NCBI GenBank assembly: GCA_950097015.1
Contig: CATNEN010000041.1
Span: forward strand, 62,001 to 126,000
DNA length: 64,000 bases
Source: Macrostomum hystrix
Taxonomy: Eukaryota > Animalia > Platyhelminthes
Reading direction: 5' to 3'
The position numbers and the translations under genes were made by a program. A model generated the notes under the pieces. The model searched no databases, was not told the DNA's origin, and worked only from the letters and a program-made list of their open reading frames with translations. The number at the start of each line of letters is the position of its first letter. Positions within the stretch are counted from its first letter, which is position 1. Shown one piece after another: positions 48,407-60,233 of the stretch.

Positions 48407-51400
48407 TCGACGCCTCGAGGAGCACTGGTGAAGCAGCTGGAGCAGCTGCCCCATCCCTACCTGAACCTGTTCAAGGAGCTTGGTGCCGGGCAATGGACCA
48501 AATGCGAATACCAGGGCGTTGTGGCGTCCTACATGGACCAGACCATCAAGTCCACCGCCTTCAGCATCCAGGGCGCCGTGCCCGCCTCCAACTACATTCA
48601 ACTGCCAAAGTCTGCGGGCCGCTGCCTGCAGTTGTGTTGTCGCTATCTCTACGTGCAGTTCCGCCCCAGTCCTGGTCGGCACTTTGTACTGCACGTGGAC
48701 CTGGCCGCGGCCGACACCGGCGCCCCGGTGCGGCTCAGCGTCAGCAGCCTCTACAAGCGGCCCGCCGGCGGTGCCGCCGCCATTCGCCTCCCCTACGCCT
48801 TTGACTCCGACGGCCGCGGCCGCCTGGTCACAGCACCGGCCGAGCAAGCCGACGCCGGCGCCCCCTGCCCAGAGCGGGCCCGATGGACCGTCCTGCGGCT
48901 GGACCTGGACTGGGCGATGCGCGTCTTCGCCGGCGGCGCCCGGCTTGGCTGCCTCCGCGCCGTCCGTCTCTGCGCCTGCATGAGCGCCCGCGCGGTCTTC
49001 GCCGCCAACCGGCGCTACCTGCCAAGCGCGCCGCCCACCTCCCAGGAGGCCCTGCCGCGCCCCATGGCCTTCTTTATGGGTCGCGGCGAGCGCTTTGAGG
49101 ATCGCTACGATTTTGTTCAGCTGCCCGAGCAGCGGCTTGAAGCTGCCGAATCTGACCCAGCTGCGAATCACACACAGCTGCCTGCGGCGCTGCCGACTGC
49201 TCCGCCACCCCCTCCACCGCCCCCGCCACCCCCGCCAGCTCATCAGCCTCATTTGCCGTCAGCAGCATCCAGAAATTTATCGTCGAATTCTGCGCCACCG
49301 ACAGCTTCGGCGGAGCTTCGCCTGTCGCGCGTCCTCGGCTGCACCCAGCCGCACAGTGCCTGCTGGACCCAGGACGAGCTGGTGTTCGCCTGCCACGCTC
49401 TGGTGGTGGCCCAGTGTCTGTCTACCGGCCAGCAGAGGTTCTTCGCTGGCCACACGGATTCGGTCGGCTGCGTGGCTGTGGACTCCAGCTGCGGCCGGAT
49501 GGCTAGCGGCCAGCGGGGGCTGCTGCGCCTGTGGGACTTTGCCAGCCAGCGCTGCCTGGCCCATTGTCCGGCCTTCCAGCAGGGCGCCGGGCATTTGGCC
49601 TTCTCGCCTGGTGGCCTTCGGCTAGCAGGTGCCGGACGGGATACGCACGGTTCGTTCGGTGGTGACCGTCTGGCAGGTGAATAGTCTCTTAAGTCCTTTA
49701 GTGTTGACTGTTGCTCTAATCAGGTGACGATGCATTTGATAATGGTCTGGTTTGCTTGCCTAGCTCTTACATATAGGATAAGAGACTAGCAAGTTTTGCC
49801 CCCCTTCGGGGGCAAGTATATACTAGTATATACTTTTTAGCAGCTGAATTTACAGCTTTTTAAAGCTACAATGATCCCCCAGTTCACAATGATCCACCAG
49901 TCGACAATGTTTCCACAGTTGACAATGATCCCCCAATTGATGATGATCCCCCAGTTGACAATGATCCCACAGTTGACAATAAGAGATGACTGTAAGTAGT
50001 AAGAATCTGTACCTCAACTCCATCCACCTTAGACCGATGGTCCCGTGGTTCGCCTTCTGGCCAAGTCTGCATGCGACCAGACCCCCGCGGCGCTGCACTT
50101 TTTAGACGAGGCTCGCGTTGTCACCTGCGGCCGCGGCGCAGTCCGCTTCTGGCGCGTCAAGGGTGCCGGCGCCGGAACATCCGCGCTGCTCCGCTCTGCG
50201 CCGGCCGCTCTGGGCGAGTACGCCGCCCTAGACTTCACCGCCGTCTGCCCGCTGCCCGGCCCAGCGGATGCCGATCCCATTGTGTTGGCCTGCGCGCGCT
50301 CCGGCCACGTGCTGGAGCTCGGAGCAGCCGATCTTGCCGTGCGGCGAGCCCGCCGTCTGCTGCCTTCCGACAAGGCTGCCTGGCGAGGCCGCGCCCGCCC
50401 TGCCGGCATCGAAGTCTTAGCTGTTGCGGCGAACGAGTCTTTTTGCGTTACTGGGTCCACTGATGGCTACCTGCGCGTTTGGCCGCTGGATTTTTCGCAG
50501 GTCAGAACTGGACTTATTGAAGCATTCGGCTTTCACATTCCACCCGACTGTCTTCTGTCCACCCAGACTGTCTTCTGTCCACCCAGACTGTCTTCTCTCC
50601 ACCCAGACTGTCTTCTTTCCACCTAGACTGTCTTCTTTCCACCAAGTCTGTCTTCTGTCCACCCAGACTGTCTTCTGTCCACCCTAGCTGTCCCCTCTTC
50701 AAACTAGCCTCTAATCAAAATCTGGTATTTGATCTGTATCAGGTGCTGCTGGAGGCTGAACACGAAAGTCCAGTTGTAGCTGCCGCTTTGAGCCGCGACC
50801 GGCGCCAGCGCGTTGGCCGCCACCCCTCCGCCGGCTGTCTGGGCGTCCTGGACGTAGCCCGCCGCGCCTACAAGACCCTCGTCCGCTCGCCCGGCCCTGG
50901 ACCGGTCGCGTCCGCCCACCTTGGCCGGGAAACCCTTGCCACGGTGTCGGCGGGGGACCAATCCCTCCGACTGTGGAGTTCTGACCGTCTGGACCAGTGC
51001 CAAAGCTTCGGCCTAGCCGAGCCGCCCTGCCGGGTGGCTGTGCATCCCCGCGACGGCCTGGCCGCCTGCGGCTTTCGCTCCGGACATGTCCGCTTGTTCG
51101 ACTTGGCTGCGGCGGCCATGCTAGGCGAGCGGCGAAGCCACGCCGGTGCTGTCAGCGGTCTGGCCTTCTCCTCCTGCGGCCTCCGGCTCTACTCCTGTGG
51201 AGCCGACGGAGGCCTCGCCGTCCACGACGCCTCTGCCGCCTGCGCTCTGCTGCGCTCCGTGCCAGACGTTGTCGCCCGCGTGGGCGCCGGCGGTTCAGAT
51301 GATCGACCCAGCCCGCTGGCAGTAGACTCTTCCGATGCGGGTGGCTCGCTCATTGCGTACATCGGACCTACTGGAGCAGCCGTTGTCGTTTGCCGAGGGC

Positions 51401-54400
51401 GCCACCCTTGCCGAACTGATTCGAGTCGACGTCACCATGGTTGCCGGCGCGGGCATCGCCGACTCAGCTCGCGCCCTCCAGTTCGGCGCCGGGCACCTTC
51501 TGGTGGTCACTGAGGGCGGCCGACTTCTACGCTTGGAGCGCCGGTCCGGTCGCTTGGCCTCCCAGCTGTCCGGTCTGGGCCGTTGCGACTGCCTGTGCCT
51601 GAGCCCAGACGGCCGGTACTGCGTAGCCGGCGTTGGGCGCCAATTGAAGCTGTTTCAGAACTGCACCGCAGGCCAGGTTCAATTTGCCAGCTTTCTAGGT
51701 CACAGCGGCCGAGTCTGTGCTCTGGCGTTCAGCGCTGACGGTGGCAGGCTGATGTCAGTTGGGGAGGCCGTCCTTGTCTGGGACTTCTTGGCTCCAGCCT
51801 TATCCGAGACTTCTGATGCGCCGATGCGGATTGAAAACGGCTCGGCCTTGACGGTAATAATAATAATAGCAAGAGGGCTGCCGGTAATGTGACATGATTT
51901 GGTGACACTAGACCCGCTGCAAGCGAGGAGGCAATTCTGCCCCATTTTGCTGACTCCTGAGCACACACGCAGCACACCGTACGCAGGCATACGCTCACAC
52001 AGGTGCGTACATCTGCCCTGTCTTTCTCATCGTCAGGCAGTGTACACTCTCACTGTTCCTTGGAGGTTGGCCCTCAAGGGCGTATATTGCACGACAAGCC
52101 CCCAAGCCTTCTCTCCGTGGCCTCTATGCGGAATCGAGCTCAGGGACCTTAGTGTGAGAGGCAAACGCGTTAACCACTCTGCCACTGACTCTTTTAGGGT
52201 ATGTCTTGTTTAACTTTACTTGCCTGATGTCTAGTATGTTAGACTAGCAATGTAAACCCCCCTCCGCATCTATCGTATAGCAGTAATGTTTTTGTAGCAT
52301 ATATGCACCAGAAGTTTTTTTTCTCCACATAATAATGTTCTTTTAATGTCAAGTAATGTTGACTTGAGCTTAGGCTAAATATTGTTGTTTCAAATTTTCT
52401 TCCAGCAGAAACCACGGCGACTGCCCAAGCAGCAGCTGAGCATGAGCAAATGAGGCTCCGCCCATGAGGAGGCCCGGTGCGAGACCCCGGTCCAGGTCCC
52501 GGACATGCCACAGTGCCAGCCCTTGGCACAGCTGCTGCGGATGCTGGCGACAGCTCCCAGCGGCGTGTCCGACTGCGAACCACCGGAAGAGCCGGCTACA
52601 GCTGCTACAGCCGTCACCGAGCCAACTGTATCGCTTCCGGTTCCGCCGCTAGCTCTTGTGCCTGATGAGATAGGAGCTTACGAAACCGCAGCCGCTTCGC
52701 AGCATCCGGCCTCCTTCATCGGCTCGACACTTTCGGTCCGAGGTCAGCTCCGGAGGGTCGGTCCGGCAACCCCCGTCGGATCCGCGCCGCTACCTGGCCC
52801 GGCCTGGTGAAGAGGCAATGCGACTGCGCGGTGGCCTCGGCGCTGGCTCGGCGTCGGGGCGGTCCGCCTGGTTGGAGGGCCGCGGCCCGCCTAATCTACG
52901 CCATCGCTGCCAGCTGCTTGCCGAGGATCTCGAGACAGGCCGGCAGGTTCGGCTCTGCCGACTGCCCGGTCCCGCTACGGCGGCGGCCGCCAGCGGGGAC
53001 AGCCGGCTGGCCGCTTTCTGCTGCCTCGGTGGCGGTCTGCGAATCTTCGACGCCGAAGACGCTGAAGCTGAAGAGCCCCACGCTACCTCTGCTGTTGTTC
53101 TGTCACGTCAGCTGACTGGGGGCCCGGTAACCTGCGCCCAGTTCAGCCGGGATGATCGATACCTGCTTACCATCGGAAATCATACGGATCCTGTGCTGCA
53201 CATCTGGCTGGGCCCCGACTGGCAGGCTGTGGCCAGCCACCGGGCCGCTTATTCCGTCAACGACGCCTGCTGCGAGCAGCGGACCTTGCCAGCTTCATCA
53301 CTGTCGGCGCAGCTGCGGTCCTGTCCGTCTGGTCAGTGGTTGGCCGACCTGACGGGACGCATCGACTTCAGCTTGAGGAGCTGCCGCCCCAGATGAGGCC
53401 GTCGGCCGGAGGCCCGGGCTTCGAGCTTCGGTGGCTTCAGCCGAAGAGCTCTCCTCCTGCACAGTCGACGCGGATGACACCGCCTTCTTAGCCGGCGGCC
53501 GTGGACGCGTCTCTGTCTGGTCGCTATCCGAGAGGCGCTGCGTAATGCACTGGGAGGCGGAGGCTGCCGAGATCTGCCGACTGGCCCTGCGACCCGGTGG
53601 CCTCCTAGTATGCGGTGCTGCTGACGGCTCAGTCAAGGCCTGGGATGTACGCGACATTCTCGGACTCGGTGGCGGCGGTGGCGGCTGGTCTGGCGGTCGC
53701 GTCCGGTTAGTCAGCTCTGCCCGGCTGGACGGAACCGTCTTAGCGCTGCTGCCTGACGGTCAGGCTGAGCTCGCACTGGCCGCGACGGCCGCCTCCGTCT
53801 GGTGCCTTCGACTGGCCGAGGGCGCCGCTACCCGCCTGATCGCCGGTCATGCCGCTCGAGTCACCGCAGTGGCGCCACTGCCTGGCCGCAGCGTCAATCG
53901 CGACAGGGGACGCCTCTGGCGCTGTCCGGATCTTTGACGCGGCCGGCCGTCAGCTCCTGTGTCAGCTGCAGCCGGGCCGCGGCTCGGCTGCCTGTCAGTG
54001 CCTGGCCGCCGACTCGCGCTACTTGGCGGCCGGCTATGCAGATGGTCACGTCAGGGCCTTCGCTGCCGGCGCGGATCTCGGTCAGGCGTTGAAGGCGAGG
54101 CCTCATGCCGCCAGCGTGTTCGCGGTGTCGCTCGACCCCAGCCACCGCCTGCTGGTCAGCGGCTGCGCTGACGGCTTCCTGGCGCTGACCGGTCTGGACA
54201 CCGGCCTCGTACTGCGCGTCCTTCGCGACCACCGTGGTGCCGGCATCGGTGGGCTGGACATTCGAACTGATGGCGCCGGTAACGGCTGCCAGTTCCTGGC
54301 ATCGGCCGCCGATCGCCGCCTTAGCCTGTGGTCCGTCGGCAAGGCCGCCGATTCAGTGGACCTTCGTCTGTGGCTGGCCTTCCCGCTGCCCGCATTCTCA

Positions 54401-54805
54401 CCCGAAAGCGGCCGGCCGCTGTCCGACGATCCGACTGCTGCCATGGAGCTGCCACCGGCGCTGGCCCGCTTCTGTCCAGCCGATGCGGACCTCGTGCTGC
54501 TCACCGGCTGCGGCCACCGGCCCGCAGTTGATCTCTACAGCCTGGCACAGCGGCGAGTCGTGCGCACCGTGTCGCTGCCCCGCTGGCCGGACTGCCTCGA
54601 CGCTGCGCCGTCCGGCCGACTGCTTCTGCTCGGCTCTCACGGCCGCCTTACCACCCTGCTCGACCTTGGCAGCGGCTGCTTCCAGGACTTTGTCGGGCAC
54701 GCTGACGGGCTGACCTGCGTGCGGTTCGGCGATGAAGGTGGCACCTGCTGGACTGCGGCCGGCCGCGAGGTGTTGTGCTGGGATGTGCTCATCAGGGACT
54801 GCTGA
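48407..54805 (+). CDS. WDR90: WD repeat-containing protein 90 (CFA20/DUF667 domain plus WD40 repeats); multiple 1-bp frameshifts; first exon not located
   Basis: N-terminal HPYLNLFK..YLYVQF..FVLHVDL (CFA20-like), then many WD repeats (FAGHTDSVGCVAV, LRLWDF, FLGHSGRVCALAFS, QDFVGHADG..VLCWDV). Exons about 48407-49676, 50033-50500, 50743-51853, 52406-54805. Confidence 0.85.
49870..49980. repeat. Degenerate 18-bp tandem repeat (gatcccccagttgacaat) x about 6 in a WDR90 intron
   Basis: Direct periodicity. Confidence 0.75.
50542..50690. repeat. 20-bp minisatellite (cccagactgtcttctgtcca) x about 7 in a WDR90 intron
   Basis: Direct periodicity. Confidence 0.9.
51855..52191 (-). mobile_element. Near full-length SINE copy at a WDR90 exon/intron boundary
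   Basis: Reverse complement begins gagtcagtggcagagtggttaacgcg (A box), matches 9211-9574 and ends in (ATT)n. Confidence 0.88.
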
Positions 54806-54896
54806 GTTCATTGCACAATGCGTATCACCTGCAACCTTGCTTGTGACATTTGCTAGCCTGTTAATTAGCTATTAACTTTAAATTTCTCACTCTCAA

Positions 54897-55199
54897 ATGC
54901 CATGTTCCCTGCCATTCTCACCGCCTGACCGCCACATTCCCTGCCATTCTCACTGCCGGACCGCCACATTCCCTGCCATTCTCACCGCCGGACCGCCACA
55001 TTCCCTGCCATTCTCACTGCCGGACCGCCACATTCCCTGCCATTCTCACTGCCCGACCGCCACATTCCCTGCCATTCTCACTGCCGGACCGCCACATTCC
55101 CTGCCATTCTCACCGCCCGACCGCCACATTCCCTGCCATTCTCACTGCCGGACCGCCACATTCCCTGCCATTCTCACTGCCGGACCGCCACATTCCACG
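54897..55199. repeat. 32-bp minisatellite (cattctcactgccggaccgccacattccctgc) x about 9
   Basis: Direct periodicity downstream of the WDR90 stop. Confidence 0.95.
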
Positions 55200-55911
55200 C
55201 CAAACAAAATCGACCCTCTCTCAGACATTCCTGCAACCACGTGCCAGTTTTGACATACTTGTAAAGAATAGGAATTAAAATCAAATTCTTCCGATTCGTT
55301 ACTAGACACGCACTTGCACTGAATTGTTTTTTCTTCTATGAACACTATCAATTTCAGCTAACTGTTTATTCGCTCTGAGTGATTCTTCTACTTGCAGTAG
55401 CTTTAATTGCCAATTAAATTCGTCCAAAGCAATAGCTGGTCTGTTGCTGCGCTATAATTATTTATAAATATACGAGTAACCCCTGCATTCGCTTCCTCTG
55501 CCACTGCGAGCCAGTGTGTCAAAGCATACAACACGTTAGAAGCAAAGGTGCAAGAGCTCAGATGTGTTTTCTCTTTTCGTATTCTCTTTGAGTCCGCGAG
55601 CGCACTTGGCTGCCAGTTCCCCGACCCGGATGGGGAGGGAAGCTGCGGGGTGGGTGACGGCGGTCAGGTGAGCGGCCCTGGCAGCGCACGTTGGGAATTG
55701 GGATGTCGAGGACGATGGGGAAGAGAATTTAGGGGAAGAGCAGCTCATGCATGGCCGGCATCTCTTTCCCGAATCCCTTCGCTTCCATCCCGAAGCGGGC
55801 TGAGTAGATGCAGCCTGCCACTATTGATTTACCTGCAGCTGCCCTGGCTGAGCTCAGGTAAAACTAGGCTGAGAAAGGCTGGGCGGACTAAGCGGGCTCT
55901 CCTAGCTGCCG

Positions 55912-57786
55912 ATGGAGCAGGACGACACTCGCCTGGGGCAGCTGCTGCGGCTGCCCTGCATGCAGAAGTACCTGGCCGGCTGCCAGACTGACGCCGTGGC
56001 CGAAATCCAGCGCGGGATCGACAGCCGATCCAAGCGGCCACCAATGAGTCACGCTGCCGCCCCGCCCACACCGCTGTTCCGGCTGCCAACCTACGCGGAG
56101 TACAGCCGGATGCTGGCGCAGTCGGAGCAGGATCTGCGCACCTGTGCGACCCCTATTAGCATTTTGTCCCAGGGAGACTCGGGACACCGGAATCTGCGAG
56201 AAGCACGACTGCTGCGGCACATTCGCAGCGACACTGCTGACGGCCAGCTGGGCGCTCGACGCATTCTCGCTAACGACGATGAGCGTTTACAGACTGTAGC
56301 TGAGCTGATCGCCACGGAGGATCGGTTCGGCCGCGACCTCCGCCTGCTGCAGACTGAGTTCCGCCGACCGTTGCTGGCCAGTCGTCTCCTTGGAGCGGAC
56401 GATGCGGCTACCATCTTTCTCAACCTGCCTGACCTGCTGCGTGCCCAGGCCTTACTGATGGACCGACTAAGAGGAGCCGCCGATGGCCGGGATGCCGACA
56501 TCGGCGCCGCGGCCGTAGCCGATGCCTTTCTAGACGGCGCCGCGGACCACCTGGCCTGCCTGCAGCGCTACTGCTTCGGCCACCGGCGCTCCCTCGCCTG
56601 CCTGGACCGTCTGGAGCGGCGCTGCCGCCTGCTGCGCCTCTTCCTGCGAGCCTCCCAGGACGACAATCCACGGCTGCGACGGATGCCGCTTAGAGCCTTC
56701 CTCATCCAACCGGTGCAGCGCTTCATGCAGTACCCGCTGATACTCGCCCGCCTTCTGAGACGTCGAGGTGTCCTGGACGACGGCTATTCAACATTGGACG
56801 AGCGCCTGCGCAGGGCCAAGTCACGTGTTGAGGCAGCAGTTGCTGAAACCGACGCCCGAGCGCCTGACCCGTCTCCGACATCCTCAACGACACCACAGCC
56901 ACCACTGGTGCCTCTGCCGCCTCCGCAGCATCGGACCCCGTCATTGTCATCCTCTTCGTCATCGCTATCTCTGTCAACGCTCGGTCGCTTGCGACGATGT
57001 GCAGTGCCGACCCACACGACGTCGCCTGCGGTTCCGGCATCGTCGAAAGAGACAGCCAGCCGGCAGCGCAGCGCCTCCTGCAGTGGCAATGACCTCATGC
57101 GCATGGCGCTCAACCGATTGCACTGGGATTTCACCGACAATCCTGACGCCTCCTGCTGCTGCTTTAACGGAGCAGTCCGGGCATCGACCGCGCCTACCGG
57201 TGAGCTTCAAGGCGGCTTCTGGGCAGTTGTTTTAGCCAAAAATTTGTCACCTGAAATCGTCTCTGCTGCCGACTCTTTGGAGAAGGCCGCGGAGCTGCTT
57301 TTCCCTGGCACCCTGGATCGCACATCCAATTCTAACAGCGTCGCTGCTGTCGCGGACGTCCCCTGCCTTGAACCCGAAGCTGCACTGCTGCTGTTTCAGC
57401 AGCCGCGGTTCGGCAGGCGGGCGCTGCTTCGCGAGCCGCTCTTGCTCAGTGCCTGCATAGTCTGCGACTGCCGCGAAGACAGCGATATCCGCATTGTTGA
57501 CGTCCGCGGTGTCAGCGTCAGTGGCCTGATTCGCGTGCGGCCCGTGGACGACTCGCCAGCCTCTGCTCGGCGCCTCCTGCGGCTTCTGCGCCACCTCAGC
57601 CTACGCTGCGGCCGCTGGAGACTCCGCAGGCCGGCGCTGCCCAGCGTTCTCCTGGCCGGCTTGGTAGATTTTGGCAGCTGCGCTGATCGGCCGCATGATT
57701 CGAACTCGCGGCCTTCTATAGTGCCGTTTGACGAAGCTGGAAATGAGACTTCGGATTCCGTCACTCATTTGTCATCTCTGGAATGA
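55912..57786 (+). CDS. Dbl-homology (DH) RhoGEF-like protein, single exon, 624 aa
   Basis: RLQTVAELIATEDRFGRDL..IFLNLPDLL..YCFGH..LRAFLIQPVQRFMQYPLILARLL matches the DH conserved regions CR1-CR3; divergent PH-like region downstream. Confidence 0.85.
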   Translation: MEQDDTRLGQLLRLPCMQKYLAGCQTDAVAEIQRGIDSRSKRPPMSHAAAPPTPLFRLPTYAEYSRMLAQSEQDLRTCATPISILSQGDSGHRNLREARLLRHIRSDTADGQLGARRILANDDERLQTVAELIATEDRFGRDLRLLQTEFRRPLLASRLLGADDAATIFLNLPDLLRAQALLMDRLRGAADGRDADIGAAAVADAFLDGAADHLACLQRYCFGHRRSLACLDRLERRCRLLRLFLRASQDDNPRLRRMPLRAFLIQPVQRFMQYPLILARLLRRRGVLDDGYSTLDERLRRAKSRVEAAVAETDARAPDPSPTSSTTPQPPLVPLPPPQHRTPSLSSSSSSLSLSTLGRLRRCAVPTHTTSPAVPASSKETASRQRSASCSGNDLMRMALNRLHWDFTDNPDASCCCFNGAVRASTAPTGELQGGFWAVVLAKNLSPEIVSAADSLEKAAELLFPGTLDRTSNSNSVAAVADVPCLEPEAALLLFQQPRFGRRALLREPLLLSACIVCDCREDSDIRIVDVRGVSVSGLIRVRPVDDSPASARRLLRLLRHLSLRCGRWRLRRPALPSVLLAGLVDFGSCADRPHDSNSRPSIVPFDEAGNETSDSVTHLSSLE

Positions 57787-57999
57787 CATTTACTAATCTA
57801 TTTATAGTGGAAACACGCTAAGGTAAGAATATACGAGCATATTTGACATCGGCATAATAACGATCGAGCCAACCTCACATTCACCTGTCTATGGCCAATA
57901 GCCTCTTATTTAAAATACAAGTGCTGCAAAACGCATTTTATAGTGTTATTCTTACCGCGTTACTTCGAGTTATCTGTACTACTCCTAGAAGCTTTTAAA

Positions 58000-58422
58000 A
58001 TGCGTCCATCATGCGGTTTTCTAGTGCTGGTCACGCTGGCGATTGTGATCTGTAAGTGTCGCTTGAAATTCGCTTGCCGGCGATAGGGGGATAGGCCCTT
58101 GAAACTTTTGAGTTGCTCTCTTCGAACAAGAGCCTCAAACCATCTAAAAGACGCGAGCCCTAATGCTGTGTAGTTTCACTTATTGAAATCTCCCAAAGGT
58201 GATGCACAGCCAGATCAGAGTCTTGGTAGTGAAACTAAAAAATCGTCCCTGTTCATTCCATCGACAGACGGCTCCTTTGCCTGCTATGTGCAACCCTCCG
58301 GCTGCGGCATCCGCGACCGGTTCTGCCAGTACGACTGGGAGTGCTGCGACGACCTCAAATGCCGGCCGTTCACTGACCCGCTCGACAGATACGTGTTCTC
58401 TGACTACACAATCTGCCAGTGA
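58000..58422 (+). CDS. Secreted cysteine-rich knottin-like peptide 1 (68 aa)
   Basis: Exon 58000-58051 (MRPSCGFLVLVTLAIVI, donor GTAAGT, phase 1) plus 58268-58422 (YGSFA-CYVQPSGCGIRDRFCQYDWECCDDLKCRPFTDPLDRYVFSDYTICQ*). Confidence 0.8.
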
Positions 58423-58557
58423 GCGCTGTGCTCAGGCACTCGTACCAAGGTTTCTAGACCTGTGTGCCCGCCATGCAGATCGCAGAAAGGGCAGGCACTT
58501 TTGACTGAAGCGTCCACCAACGAGTGCAACTCGTCCGTTAAAAACACATCATCAACC

Positions 58558-59545
58558 TCAAAGTACGCACCCTCGGGACCAGCACTCCACCTACACCTAC
58601 CCCAAAGTACGCACCCTCGGGACCAGCACCCCACCTACCCCTACCCCAAAGTACGCACCCTCGGGACCAGCACCCCACCTACCCCTACCCCAAAGTACGC
58701 ACCCTCGGGACCAGCACCCCACCTACCCCTACCCCAAAGTACGCACCCTCGGGACCAGCACCCCACCTACCCCTACCCCAAAGTACGCACCCTCGGGACC
58801 AGCACCCCACCTACCCCTACCCCCACCTACACCTACACCAAAGTACGCACCCCCGGGACCAGCACCCCACCTACCCCTACCCCAATGTACGCACCATCGG
58901 GACCAGCACCCCACCTACCCCTACCCCACCTACCCCTACCCCAAAGTACGCACCCTCGGGACCAGCACCCCACCTACCCCTACCCCACCTACACCTACAC
59001 CAAAGTACGCACCCCCGGGACCAGCACCCCACCAACCCCTACCCCAATGTACGCACCATCGGGACCAGCACCCCACCTACCCCTACCCCACCTACCCCTA
59101 CCCCAAAGTACGCACCCTCGGGACCAGCACCCAACCTACCCCTACCCCAAAGTACGCACCCTCGGGACCAGCACCCCACCTACCCCTACCCCAAAGTACG
59201 CACCCTCGGGACCAGCACTCCACCTACCCCTACCCCACCTACACCTACACCAAAGTACGCACCCTCGGGACCAGCACCCCACCTACACCTACCTCAAAGT
59301 ACGCACCCCGGGACCAGCACCCCACCTACCCCTACCCCAATGTACGCACCATCGGGACCAGCACCCCACCTACCCCTACCCAACCTACACCTACACCAAA
59401 GTACGCACCCTCGGGACCAGCACCACACCTACCCCTACCCCCAAAGTACGCACCCTGGGACCAGCACCCCACCTACACCTACCTCAAAGTACGCACCCCG
59501 GGACCAGCACCCACCTACCCCTACCCCAAAGTTCGCACCCTCTGG
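58558..59545. repeat. C-rich 44-bp minisatellite (aagtacgcaccctcgggaccagcaccccacctacccctacccca) with about 59-bp expanded variants
   Basis: aagtacg recurs at 58561, 58605 and 58649; later units carry internal duplications. Confidence 0.93.
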
Positions 59546-60233
59546 AGCCTCGACTAGCACCCACCAACCTCTACTCCTCAAAGTACACAAGATTAAGGCA
59601 AGGATCTGTGAATCTTTAAAGATGCAGTACATGTTTTATACAAGTACTTAAAAAGTACCTGTACTCAACAACAAGCCCTGCTTTTTAACTGCTCGTGTGT
59701 CACATCCCAAAATTTCTCAGTTCGCCGATCCTTTTTCTATGCATTCTGCTGTTGATTGTTTATCATAATAGTTGATAGAGTGAAATAAATGAACAAACGA
59801 AATTCTTCAGTACATTTTCTCAAACTAGTGGGTATGGAATTCTCGATCACATTCTCACATAAAACAAGAAAAAACTTTAAAAAATATTGTATTCATGTAG
59901 GACGTTACTGAATGCATTACATTAATCATGATCTTGATTATGCAACTCAAAAACCATCCGACTCAGTCAATAGACGGTCCGTTAGACGCCTGCAAGTGCG
60001 ACCCTCTCAATGGACTCTAAATTTCCACAGATGCTAAGTTTACTACTTCTAGTAGCATTATTCGTGGATACGACATTGATTTTCTAGTGCAGTCAAAAAT
60101 GCACACTGCAACCAATTGTCTATGGCTAGCGACCGTTTCCGGATCGAATTTTTGGCGGAATTTCTGAAGCTTAGCCAGAATTGAATTGCAGTTGAATTGA
60201 ACGCTAAAAGTGAAAGGAAAAAGTGAATTCGAG

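Noticed and set aside
49795-49827. Helitron-like 3' end (GC hairpin then CTAG|T) in a WDR90 intron
   Set aside because: No matching 5' end or second copy found; a short palindrome alone is insufficient.
58462-59619. 385-aa Pro/Thr-rich mucin- or extensin-like ORF
   Set aside because: Produced by a 44-bp (non-triplet) C-rich repeat that lacks stops on this strand; no signal peptide or splice support.
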